From positions 44,831-108,830 of the forward strand of contig CAIRHO010000004.1 of assembly GCA_903878415.1 (NCBI GenBank): 64,000 nucleotides of DNA. The letters run 5' to 3'. The notes under the pieces were generated by a model. It ran no database searches. It was given only the letters and a program-made list of their open reading frames with translations, and was not told where the DNA came from. Made by a program: the position numbers and the translations under genes. Below are positions 15,618 through 25,024 of the stretch, piece after piece (positions within the stretch are counted from its first letter, which is position 1; the number at the start of each line of letters is the position of its first letter). This DNA comes from an uncultured Actinomycetes bacterium (GTDB lineage: Bacteria > Actinomycetota > Actinomycetes > Nanopelagicales > Nanopelagicaceae).

Positions 15618-17030
15618 CTAAGAATCAAAGCCCAATCCAACTCGATCTAAAATTCTTAACCAGATATTTCGGTGTCCGCCATTTTGATCAGCTCGGTTAA
15701 TCGACCATTGCGTAAGCCGAATAAATAAGAATCTAAAAGGTTCTGGTGGAAATGGAATCGGTTTATGTTTCACCATTTGCAATTCAGTTGCTTCAGTTTC
15801 ATTTCCGTCTAACAGATCCAACATGGTTGATGCACCAAACCTTGTAGAAGCAACGCCAAGACCGGTATATCCAAGTACATATGCGACGTTGCCGCTAAAC
15901 GCAGTTCCCCAGAATGGCGAGAATCGACTGCAGGTATCAATTGCACCGCCCCACCCATGAGTAAATTTAATTCCAGTCAATTGCGGGAATGTCTTTAAGA
16001 AGCTTTCAGCTAACTTTGCATAAGTTTCAGGCTGAAATTCATATTCCTGTCGAACTTTGCCGTGATAGTTATAAATGGCATCATAACCGCCCCAAAGAAT
16101 TTCATTCTCTTTAGTTAAGCGGTAATAGTGGAATTGGTAACCAGCATCAGAAACACCCTCACGACCAGTCCAACCAATACTTGCTAATTGTTCCGGGGTT
16201 AAAGGTTCAGTTACTAATTGAAAGTCATAAACTGCAACTACATACTTACGTAAACTTTTGATGAGGGGTGTAAAAATATTAGTGGCAAGCGCAACTTTAT
16301 TTGCCCGAACTTTTCCGTAAGCAGTATGAACAATTATTTGCTCGCCATCTTCTTCAAGTTCTTCCACGCGTGAATTTTCATAAATTTTCACACCGAGTGA
16401 AAGACAAGCTTTCTCTAAACCCCAAACTAAACGAGCTGGATCAACCAGCGCGGTTCCATCGGCATCAAAGAGGCCCCCTTCGTACAATGGTGAATTAACG
16501 CGCTTGCGAATTTCTGCTTTAGTTAATACTTCAACATGGTCGCCGGTGTTATTGCGTTGTATCGCTTCTTCTTTCAGCCCTTCAAATTGCCATGGCGCAA
16601 CCGCAACTCTTAATTCACCAGTCCGCTCAAAATCACAATCGATGTTGTATCGCTTAATGGTTTCTTCAATGGCATCAAGGTTTTCTCGACCCAACTTATC
16701 AATCGTTGCCATCTCGTCTGGAAACCGGGTGTAACCGTTAACGAATCCATGAGTTAGTGACGCGTTGCAAAAACCACCGTTACGCCCAGAAGCGCCAGCG
16801 CCAGTTTCGCGTTGCTCGATAATTACAACTTCGCGATTAGGATTTTTTTCTTTTGCGAGGAGTGCGCTCCATAAACCGGTGTAACCCGCGCCAACAATGC
16901 AGAGGTCGGTGGTAATTTCACCAATAAGCGCTGAGTGCGAATCTGGTTCGAGCGGGTCAGCATCCAACCAATAAAGTGCTGGTTGCAGATCGGCTAAATG
17001 TTTAAGAATGAATGGGTCGATGGGGGCCAT
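15618..17030 (-). CDS. FAD-dependent oxidoreductase (DAO family; gamma-glutamylputrescine oxidase or amine/amino-acid oxidase-like).
   Basis: The protein is 470 aa. It has an N-terminal dinucleotide-binding motif (CIVGAGYTGLWSALLLAKE-type GxGxxG) and DAO-family length and layout. Confidence 0.75.
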   Translation of the reverse strand: MAPIDPFILKHLADLQPALYWLDADPLEPDSHSALIGEITTDLCIVGAGYTGLWSALLAKEKNPNREVVIIEQRETGAGASGRNGGFCNASLTHGFVNGYTRFPDEMATIDKLGRENLDAIEETIKRYNIDCDFERTGELRVAVAPWQFEGLKEEAIQRNNTGDHVEVLTKAEIRKRVNSPLYEGGLFDADGTALVDPARLVWGLEKACLSLGVKIYENSRVEELEEDGEQIIVHTAYGKVRANKVALATNIFTPLIKSLRKYVVAVYDFQLVTEPLTPEQLASIGWTGREGVSDAGYQFHYYRLTKENEILWGGYDAIYNYHGKVRQEYEFQPETYAKLAESFLKTFPQLTGIKFTHGWGGAIDTCSRFSPFWGTAFSGNVAYVLGYTGLGVASTRFGASTMLDLLDGNETEATELQMVKHKPIPFPPEPFRFLFIRLTQWSINRADQNGGHRNIWLRILDRVGLGFDS

Positions 17031-17185
17031 CGAAATATCCGGCCTTGACCGGATTCACCCCTTTACTAAATCAATGAGTGGCCCGGGTCCTCCGGAGTCC
17101 GCCCCCATAACGCAGATCTTTTTCTAGCAATCTGTGGTTCGTTATAGCTTCGGGGATAGGTTACCGCGAATGTAATGGAATAGCA

Positions 17186-17821
<636 letters not shown>

Positions 17822-17840
17822 TTATAAAACTGGATCGGAT

Positions 17841-18941
17841 TTAGTGCTTTCCGATATTTGCTTTAACGATACGTGGCGTGAAATTCCACAATGATTTTGA
17901 CCGCGGGTCAATTGTTAATTCAACCCAATGATTGAAACCAGACCCGAAAGTTTGGACGCGAGTGAAGTTCTCTACCAAAGTTCCCTTGTCTTTCTCCACG
18001 AGCTTTCCAGCAGTTTCATTCATAGGCATATCGAGTTGGTACCAATGTTCGTCTCCATTTTGAAGAAGAACCGGCTTTCCAAATTTCAATGTATTTGTAA
18101 GAAGTGCTTGTTTTGTAGCAGCATATGCAGCAGTAAATTCGTTATTTGGTACTGTTAAATCACGAAGATAACCTTCCCAATCCATATTTGCTTGCAACAG
18201 AACGATTACGCCTAAGGAACCATCTGTAGTTGCTTTGGTAAAACCCTTGTTAATCCAAGCGACATTCGCTGCGTCGCGCGCTTTATATTCCAAATCATTT
18301 CCATCTGTAGCTGTGTCGTTATATGTTTTATATGTTGGTGTGGCGACAGCTGCATTATTAGCAGATCCAGGTACGTGAGGAATAATGAAAGTAATTCCCT
18401 TATAAGAGAACATTTGCATCTCAGGGTAAACAGAATCTCGAGTTATTTGTGGAACGCTTCCACGAAATTTTCCACCGAGGTTAATGTATGATTTGTCCGC
18501 CTTTTGGAAGTAAGTAGAGCGAACCAATGCCAATCTTGTTGCTGGATCATAAGCGCCTTTTACTGCACGATCACAGTCAACCCATTCATTATCTCCCACA
18601 GTGTAAAAAATTGGACGTGTAAATTTGTCGAAGAAGTCGGTCTTGATAACGCCATAAGCGGCATCAGTACATTTATCGCCTTTCCCTGACATTGTGTCGC
18701 CGCTAAATAGCGTGAAATCAATATTACTTTGGGCGTTGATTTCGTTTACAACGTTTGGAACTTCGGATACACCTTTGGCGTCATACGGCATGTCACCAAT
18801 CAAGGCAAGAGTAAATTTCTGTGCGGAATTAGCCGCGTTAGCGGTTAGAGAAGATGAAATACCGGTGCCTAAAATTAAGGCAGCGATCAGCGATACGCCG
18901 ATTATGCGCGTAGATCTAAACTTCAAAGTAATATTTTTCAT
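17841..18941 (-). CDS. Secreted metallophosphoesterase-like (calcineurin-like) protein.
   Basis: It has an N-terminal signal peptide (IGVSLIAALILGTGISSSLTANA) and motifs LIGDMPYD, SGDTMSG and VGDNEW, which resemble metallophosphoesterase metal-binding blocks in divergent form. The assignment is tentative. Confidence 0.5.
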   Translation of the reverse strand: MKNITLKFRSTRIIGVSLIAALILGTGISSSLTANAANSAQKFTLALIGDMPYDAKGVSEVPNVVNEINAQSNIDFTLFSGDTMSGKGDKCTDAAYGVIKTDFFDKFTRPIFYTVGDNEWVDCDRAVKGAYDPATRLALVRSTYFQKADKSYINLGGKFRGSVPQITRDSVYPEMQMFSYKGITFIIPHVPGSANNAAVATPTYKTYNDTATDGNDLEYKARDAANVAWINKGFTKATTDGSLGVIVLLQANMDWEGYLRDLTVPNNEFTAAYAATKQALLTNTLKFGKPVLLQNGDEHWYQLDMPMNETAGKLVEKDKGTLVENFTRVQTFGSGFNHWVELTIDPRSKSLWNFTPRIVKANIGKH

Positions 18942-19045
18942 GTGCAGACCATCGGTCCCTACGAATAAGAAACAGGAAACTAGAATTGAACAAATGAAGT
19001 AGATTAGGTGAACATCCTATGACGGAGTAATTAGATGAAGGTGGT

Positions 19046-19654
19046 TTGCCTATCAAAATCTTATTATCAGGCTTCGAACCATTTGCGGGTTCTTCGCTTA
19101 ACCCTTCACAGGAAATCGTTAATGAAATAGCAAAGATAAATATTCCTGGGATCGAAATAATTACCGCGATACTCCCAGTTCTTTTTGGAAAATCTAGCGA
19201 AAAGTTATTGGAATTGATTGCATCAGAAAAGCCAGATGTAGTTATTTCTTTGGGCCAAGCAGAAGGCAGAACCCAAATCACTCCGGAGCGAGTCGCAATT
19301 AATTTAGATGATGCACGAATTGCTGATAACAGCGGCGCAATTCTGGTAGATCGACCAATTGTTAATGGTGGACCCGCTGCTTATTTTTCAACGCTTCCAG
19401 TAAAAGAAATTGTTGCTGCTATTTCTGCTAACGGCATTGCAGCAGCGCTTTCATTATCTGCTGGAACGTTTGTATGCAACCATATTTTTTATAGCCTGCA
19501 GCACGCGCTCTTCAATACCAATATGAAAAGTGGGTTCATCCACGTGCCTTTAATGACAGAGCAGGCCGGTGAGTTTCCAAATCTATTTACCATGCCCTTA
19601 TCGGAGATGGTTAAGGGAATTACTGCCGCAATAACTGTTGCTTGCTCTAAATAA
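19046..19654 (+). CDS. pcp: Pyroglutamyl-peptidase I (pyrrolidone-carboxylate peptidase).
   Basis: The N-terminus ILLSGFEPFAGSSLNPS and the catalytic-Cys block GTFVCNHIFY are hallmark Pcp motifs. The start is TTG, preceded by a GAAGGTGG Shine-Dalgarno. Length is 202 aa. Confidence 0.9.
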   Translation: MPIKILLSGFEPFAGSSLNPSQEIVNEIAKINIPGIEIITAILPVLFGKSSEKLLELIASEKPDVVISLGQAEGRTQITPERVAINLDDARIADNSGAILVDRPIVNGGPAAYFSTLPVKEIVAAISANGIAAALSLSAGTFVCNHIFYSLQHALFNTNMKSGFIHVPLMTEQAGEFPNLFTMPLSEMVKGITAAITVACSK

Positions 19655-19672
19655 TTTAGTTACCCTCACACG

Positions 19673-20323
19673 ATGCGCTATCAACCAGAACGAATTCCAA
19701 TTACTGAAGGTCTAAAACGAGGCGAAGAATTTTATAAATTGATGGATGGCCGACGTAGCGTGCGAATGTTCTCTGACGAACCGGTGCCTAAAGAAGTTAT
19801 AGAAACTGCAGTTTTGACTGCGAACACTTCTCCAAGTGGTGCGCACCAACAACCTTGGACTTTTGTCGCAACAAATGACCCAGAGGTAAAACATAAAATT
19901 AGAGTCGCTGCGGAAATAGAGGAGCGCGAAAATTATGAAGGTGGTCGGTTGCCACCAGCCTGGCGACAGGCTTTGTCGCACATCGGAACTAATTCGGATA
20001 AAAGTTACTTAGATGTAGTGCCATGGATTGTGGTTGCGTTCGCGCAAAAATCCACACCACTACCCGACGGCAGCTTGCAGAAAAATTATTACGTAAGCGA
20101 ATCTGTAGGGATAGCTTGTGGTTTATTTATTGCAAGCCTGCATTCAATGGGACTATCTACACTGACACATACACCAAATCCGATGGGTTTCTTAAACGAA
20201 ATATTCGAGCGCCCCGTTACAGAGCGCCCATATATTCTCTTTCCAGTTGGTTATCCAGCCGAAAATTGCGAAGTACCCGATTTGGTGCGCAAGCCACTTA
20301 ATGAGATATTAATTCAGAAGTAG
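19673..20323 (+). CDS. Nitroreductase family protein (iodotyrosine-deiodinase/BluB-like fold).
   Basis: RRSVRMFSDEPVPKEVIETAVLTANTSPSGAHQQPW is a typical nitroreductase N-terminal FMN-binding region. Length is 216 aa. Confidence 0.8.
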   Translation: MRYQPERIPITEGLKRGEEFYKLMDGRRSVRMFSDEPVPKEVIETAVLTANTSPSGAHQQPWTFVATNDPEVKHKIRVAAEIEERENYEGGRLPPAWRQALSHIGTNSDKSYLDVVPWIVVAFAQKSTPLPDGSLQKNYYVSESVGIACGLFIASLHSMGLSTLTHTPNPMGFLNEIFERPVTERPYILFPVGYPAENCEVPDLVRKPLNEILIQK

Positions 20324-20997
20324 GTTTGCGAAAACCTACCAAGCAGCGTAAACGAAATTGCAATTGCTTGGCCCACAAAAAGCATTACCAATACTGTCCC
20401 TATCCCTATTTTTCCGCCAAGCAAGTATCCACTTGTTAGAGCAAAACATTCGATTACAAATCTTATTTTCCAAATTCGAATTCCGGTTCGTTCCAATAAC
20501 CCAATCATCCAGCCATCTCTAGGGCCAGATCCAAGACCACACGATATGTAAAGCGCAGTACCAAAACCAACTAGTGAAATTCCACAAAATACCATCAAGA
20601 GCGAAACTTTAAAATTATTTTGCGCTGGAATTATGGTGACACCTAATTGCAATGATGCAGCAAAGAAAACGGTATTTGCAATTGTGCCAAATCCGGGCGT
20701 TACTTTTAGAGGAAACCAAATTAAGAGCACGAAACAACTAACAATAAAGAAGGCCCAACCAAGTGAGAGCCCTGCTTGCTTAGAAATACCTTGCGCTAAG
20801 ACTGTCCATGGTGGATTACCTAAATTGGATTGAACAGAAAGCGAACCACCAATTCCCATCATGAAAAGCCCGCTAATTAAAATTAAAAATGTTTTAGGGC
20901 GAACCGTCCAATAAGTTGGCGCACTCCAACTAGTTTTCGGCACAGCACGAGCTGGCGCGAAGAATTTAAGGGCTCTAGCTAATGATGCTGTGCTCAT
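20314..20997 (-). CDS. Integral membrane protein, YczE/YitT-like (function unknown).
   Basis: There are about six hydrophobic helices with a repeated GxG-rich layout. The similarity to YczE-type proteins is recalled from memory only. Confidence 0.45.
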   Translation of the reverse strand: MSTASLARALKFFAPARAVPKTSWSAPTYWTVRPKTFLILISGLFMMGIGGSLSVQSNLGNPPWTVLAQGISKQAGLSLGWAFFIVSCFVLLIWFPLKVTPGFGTIANTVFFAASLQLGVTIIPAQNNFKVSLLMVFCGISLVGFGTALYISCGLGSGPRDGWMIGLLERTGIRIWKIRFVIECFALTSGYLLGGKIGIGTVLVMLFVGQAIAISFTLLGRFSQTYF

Positions 20998-21057
20998 ATA
21001 TCCGATCCATTAAAAGAAATTTGTTGCGGTATATCGCAATGGCTTTATACTTCCACA

Positions 21058-22455
21058 ATGTCAACAGTAAACCGAGTAGATCTCAACTCGAAACAGATAG
21101 AAGAGTTGAAATCAATTTTTGGTGCACGCTTCACCACGAATGAATCAGTTCTAGTTCAACACAGCAGAGATGAATCAGCATTCCCTCCAGTTTTACCTTC
21201 AGCAGTTATATATCCACATAACACTGAAGAAGTTTCAAAAATTCTTAGGTATTGCAATCAGAATTTAATTCCAGTCGTTGCATTTGGAGCAGGCTCATCT
21301 TTGGAAGGCCATGTTCTGCCGCTTAGAGGCGGAATAAGTATGAACATGACTGAGATGAATAGGATCATCGAAATTTCACCGGCGGATTTAGTTGTAAGAG
21401 TTGAGGCTGGCTTAACCCGGGTTGCGCTCAATAATCGACTTGCTAGCGATGGCTTATTTTTCTCAGTTGATCCAGGAGCGGATGCAACTATTGGTGGCAT
21501 GGCTTCAACTGGAGCTGCTGGAACTACCACCGTTAAATACGGCTCAATGCGCGAAAATGTTTTAGCACTGACTGCTGTTTTAGCGGATGGCACCATCGTA
21601 AAAACCGGGAGACCAACTCGAAAACTTTCAGCAGGTTATGACTTAACCCGCTTACTGGTTGGCTCAGAAGGAACGTTGGCTGTCATAACTGAAATAACTT
21701 TAAGAGTATTCGGTATTCCAGAAAAGATGTCGGCAGCGATTGTGCGCTTTGAAACCCTTGCTGATGGCGTAGCTGCTGCTGCGGCAATTGTGCAGATGGG
21801 TACCAATATTGCTCGCTGCGAATTCTTAGATGCGGCTAGCGTTAGAAATGCCAATAAACATAGCGGATTAACCCTGCCTGAACAGCCAACACTTTTATTT
21901 GAATTTCACGGCAGCCCAACAAATGTGGAATCTGATGCGCAAAGTGTCGCGGAGATTGTTGCTGAATTCGGCGGATCTAACTTTGAATGGACTAGCGATG
22001 AAAGCGCTCGCCGAAAACTTTGGCAAGCTCGACATGATGCCTATTGGTCAAACATACATATCTATCCTGGGAAGCGAATTGTAAGTACCGATATGGCAGT
22101 GCCACTTTCAGCGCTCGCCAAAGCGGTAGAGGCTTGTAATGAAATTTTAAGTACGCATGATTTCCCATTTAGTATTTTCGGACATGTCGCTGATGGCAAT
22201 TTCCATTGCCTAATCATTACCGATCCTTCAAATCCAAATGAGCTAACTGATATTCGGGAAATAACACATTCACTTGCTTCAAAAATTATTGCGATGAACG
22301 GCACTTGTACTGGTGAACATGGAATTGGTATGGGAAAGATTGAATCTTTAGTTGAAGAGACGGGCGAGAACGCCGTAGCCCTAATGCGAAATATCAAAAA
22401 TGCAATGGATCCAAACGGAATTTTAAATCCAGGTAAAGTTTTAGCGCAAAAATAA
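21058..22455 (+). CDS. FAD-linked oxidase (GlcD / D-lactate dehydrogenase family).
   Basis: The protein is 465 aa. It has an FAD_binding_4-type N-terminal half (GAGSSLEGH, GGMASTGAAGT) and a C-terminal FAD-oxidase_C block (GTCTGEHGIGMGK...MDPNGILNPGK). Confidence 0.85.
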   Translation: MSTVNRVDLNSKQIEELKSIFGARFTTNESVLVQHSRDESAFPPVLPSAVIYPHNTEEVSKILRYCNQNLIPVVAFGAGSSLEGHVLPLRGGISMNMTEMNRIIEISPADLVVRVEAGLTRVALNNRLASDGLFFSVDPGADATIGGMASTGAAGTTTVKYGSMRENVLALTAVLADGTIVKTGRPTRKLSAGYDLTRLLVGSEGTLAVITEITLRVFGIPEKMSAAIVRFETLADGVAAAAAIVQMGTNIARCEFLDAASVRNANKHSGLTLPEQPTLLFEFHGSPTNVESDAQSVAEIVAEFGGSNFEWTSDESARRKLWQARHDAYWSNIHIYPGKRIVSTDMAVPLSALAKAVEACNEILSTHDFPFSIFGHVADGNFHCLIITDPSNPNELTDIREITHSLASKIIAMNGTCTGEHGIGMGKIESLVEETGENAVALMRNIKNAMDPNGILNPGKVLAQK

Positions 22456-22474
22456 CCGTTAGGAATCGAGAAAA

Positions 22475-23230
22475 ATGGATCAGAACGTTGCGGGGATATG
22501 GTCCACGCCCAAGCTTGCGCCGATGTATCCACCATTTCCAATTCGGTATAAAGATGTAACTATTCTGACTACGGTTTATCGCACCGATCCTGCGGCAATC
22601 GAAAAACATCTTGATTTCCCAGTGGAAAGCAATGGCGATTTAGTCATGATTCATAACTATTACATGCCAATTGTTGAAGGCATGGGTGAAGTTGAAGAAA
22701 CCAACGTGATGATTGGCGTAAAAGTTAATGCTGGCGGGGTAGACCATTTCGGCGGTTTCAGCACTAATTTATTGATTAGTTCCGAAGTTGGGCTAACCCA
22801 GGGACGTGAAATTCACGGCCAACCTAAGAAAATGGGTAGCACTAAAATTAAAACTGTAAATAATGAAATTGTGGCTGAGGTTTTTCGCGGTAACGCCTTA
22901 ATTTCTAGGGTTGTTATGCCGGTGAGTAGCCAAGCTGCGCAAGTAAGTGAACTTGAAAAATATTTCCCGTTCCGCGAGAACATCAACCATAAAGTAATTC
23001 GAAACATTGACGGTACTCAAGGCATCAATCAGATAACTTCTAGAATTTTGGGGGATGTAGTTGTGAAGGAATGCTGGCGCGGTCCATCTAAATTAACCAT
23101 CGAATTTAATGAGAGCGCACCATTTCATTTACTTCCAGTGCTTGAAACCATAGAATCTTTTTATTGGAAAGCCGACTTTGCACTGGTACCAGGAACAATT
23201 TTGCATGACTATTTGAAAGCAGGGATATAA
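22475..23230 (+). CDS. Acetoacetate decarboxylase (ADC) family protein.
   Basis: The N-terminal signature APMYPPFPIRYKDVTILTTVYRTDPAAIEKHL matches the ADC-family consensus (P.Y...P..y.....l...YrTD). Length is 251 aa. Confidence 0.75.
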   Translation: MDQNVAGIWSTPKLAPMYPPFPIRYKDVTILTTVYRTDPAAIEKHLDFPVESNGDLVMIHNYYMPIVEGMGEVEETNVMIGVKVNAGGVDHFGGFSTNLLISSEVGLTQGREIHGQPKKMGSTKIKTVNNEIVAEVFRGNALISRVVMPVSSQAAQVSELEKYFPFRENINHKVIRNIDGTQGINQITSRILGDVVVKECWRGPSKLTIEFNESAPFHLLPVLETIESFYWKADFALVPGTILHDYLKAGI

Positions 23231-23983
23231 ATGGAAACTACCGATATTAAAGGTCATCTAGTTTTAGTAACCGGCGCTGCCAGTGGAATCGGGAAAGAGA
23301 TTGCAACTTCATTTATTAAGCGCGGCGCCATCATTGCTGCATGCGATAAGAATATTTCGGCGTTGCAAGCAATTAAGAACGAAGTCAGCAATAAAGATTT
23401 TCACATTTTTGAAGTAGATTTTGTGAGCGAAGATTCAATAATTAATTGTGTTAGGAAAGTGGAATCAGATCTAGGTCCGCTCAAAGCAGTTGTGAATTGT
23501 GTTGGAATCCTTGGTAAAAATGGTGAAAAAGTTGAGCAAGTAGATATCGCTGACTTTGATTTGGTTTACGCCATTAATTTAAGAGGTGCTTTAATACTCA
23601 CTAAAGCGGTAATCAAAGGAATGGCCGATCGTGGTTATGGTCGAATTTTGCACATGGCCAGCATCTCCGGTAAAGAAGGAAATCCGCTATTGGTTGCATA
23701 TTCTGCAACAAAAGCTGGGTTAATCGCATTAGTTAAGAGCGTTGGAAAAGAGTATGCAACAACTGGGGTAACTGTTAATGCCATGGCGCCGGCGCTAATT
23801 CAATCACCAATGAGTGACAGTTTTTCAGAAGCGCAGTTAGCATCACTTAAATCGAGAATTCCGATGAATCGACTAGGAAAAACTAGCGAAGTTGCAGATA
23901 TGGCAGCCTGGATAATTTCACCAGCTTGCAGTTTCACTACCGGTTTTGCTTTTGATTTGACTGGTGGTCGCGCTACTTACTAA
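23231..23983 (+). CDS. Short-chain dehydrogenase/reductase (SDR) family oxidoreductase.
   Basis: It has a TGAASGIG Rossmann motif, a Y-x-x-x-K (YSATK) catalytic motif, and is 250 aa. The start abuts the upstream stop (TAA ATG). Confidence 0.85.
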   Translation: METTDIKGHLVLVTGAASGIGKEIATSFIKRGAIIAACDKNISALQAIKNEVSNKDFHIFEVDFVSEDSIINCVRKVESDLGPLKAVVNCVGILGKNGEKVEQVDIADFDLVYAINLRGALILTKAVIKGMADRGYGRILHMASISGKEGNPLLVAYSATKAGLIALVKSVGKEYATTGVTVNAMAPALIQSPMSDSFSEAQLASLKSRIPMNRLGKTSEVADMAAWIISPACSFTTGFAFDLTGGRATY

Positions 23984-24960
23984 TTAGCGGCTGGTTTTTT
24001 AGGAATATAAGTTCCAGTTTCAATACTGGTTTCAGGTAAGCCGTTCTCTAGTTCCGCAAATTCAACAGCAGATAGATCAATTTCTGAACCCGATAGTGAA
24101 TCTAAAATAGTTGCTGGTTGGGAAGATCCCGGGATTGGAATAGTGATTGGGCTCTTAGCAAGGTGCCAAGCAATAGTTAGCGCAAAGACTGAAACGTTCT
24201 TTCGATTTGCCATTTCGTGGAGCGTGGCGTAACTATCAGAAGTTACATTTTTAGGCTTACCGATTCCACCAAGTGGTGACCATGGCAGAAATGCAATACC
24301 TAACTCAGTGCAAAGATCTAATACATCGCTATTGACTCTAAATCTAGGACTAAATTCATTCTGTACCGAAACAACGCCACCTTCTTTTGGTCCGCCAATA
24401 ATTTTTAAACCGACTTTTAATTGTGCAACAGTTACATTACTTAACCCAAAATTTTCTACCATTCCATGTTCCTTTAAAGTATTTACATTTTCATACTGTT
24501 CTTCAATTGTAAGTTTTGGATCAATTCGGTGGTGTTGCCAAAGTTTGATTTTATCCACACCGAGTCGCGCTGCTGAGCCTTCAACCGCGCGGTATAAATA
24601 ACTTCGAGTTGAGTTAAAACCAAGTTCGCCATACCAAGTATCGTTTTTTTCGCGGGTTATGCCTGCTTTAGTCGCAACAATAATTTTTGCTTTCGCAGCG
24701 GCAGAGCCACTCCAACTTCTGATGGCTTCAGCAATCAATTTTTCATTATGTCCGTAAGGATTCCAGGTCGGCGAGTATGAGTCACCGGTATCTAGGAAGT
24801 TAATCCCAGCATCTAACGCAGCATGAACAGTTTGAATAGCTTGGTCACGGTTATCTAACATGAAACTTTTCTCAGGTGGATAACCTGAAAGTGGCATGCA
24901 ACCAAGCCCAATTGGTGAAACTTCCAATTTTCCAATAAAGCGGCGCTGATTATTTTTCAT
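23980..24960 (-). CDS. Aldo/keto reductase.
   Basis: MKNNQRRFIGKLEVSPIGLGCMPLSG is a typical AKR N-terminus. The ORF extends to a GTG at 25071, but that extension would overlap the divergent ribokinase gene. The ATG at 24960 is therefore preferred. Confidence 0.8.
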   Translation of the reverse strand: MKNNQRRFIGKLEVSPIGLGCMPLSGYPPEKSFMLDNRDQAIQTVHAALDAGINFLDTGDSYSPTWNPYGHNEKLIAEAIRSWSGSAAAKAKIIVATKAGITREKNDTWYGELGFNSTRSYLYRAVEGSAARLGVDKIKLWQHHRIDPKLTIEEQYENVNTLKEHGMVENFGLSNVTVAQLKVGLKIIGGPKEGGVVSVQNEFSPRFRVNSDVLDLCTELGIAFLPWSPLGGIGKPKNVTSDSYATLHEMANRKNVSVFALTIAWHLAKSPITIPIPGSSQPATILDSLSGSEIDLSAVEFAELENGLPETSIETGTYIPKKPAAN

Positions 24961-24988
24961 AGTAAGACAAGTATAAGTTGAAATTTGG

Positions 24989-25017
24989 TTGATTGACGGA
25001 CGAGAGAGGTCTATCCT
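24989..25017 (+). promoter_or_regulatory. Candidate promoter of the ribokinase gene, probably giving a leaderless or near-leaderless mRNA.
   Basis: TTGATT (24989-24994), a 17-nt spacer and TATCCT (25012-25017, TANNNT type) are present. The ATG at 25025 lies 7 nt after the -10 element and has no Shine-Dalgarno. Confidence 0.35.
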
Positions 25018-25024
25018 CACGAAA

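Noticed and set aside
17031-17185. I considered assigning the structured spacer to a named riboswitch class (glycine, guanidine-I/II/III, ykkC-like).
   Set aside because: I could not find the conserved core sequences of these classes by eye. It is reported only as an unclassified structured leader or terminator candidate.
20998-21057. The inverted repeat TTGCG-gtatat-CGCAA lies in the divergent spacer between the membrane protein and the FAD oxidase.
   Set aside because: It has only 5-bp arms in an AT-rich spacer, is not repeated elsewhere in the window, and has no regulator gene nearby. It is too weak to call.
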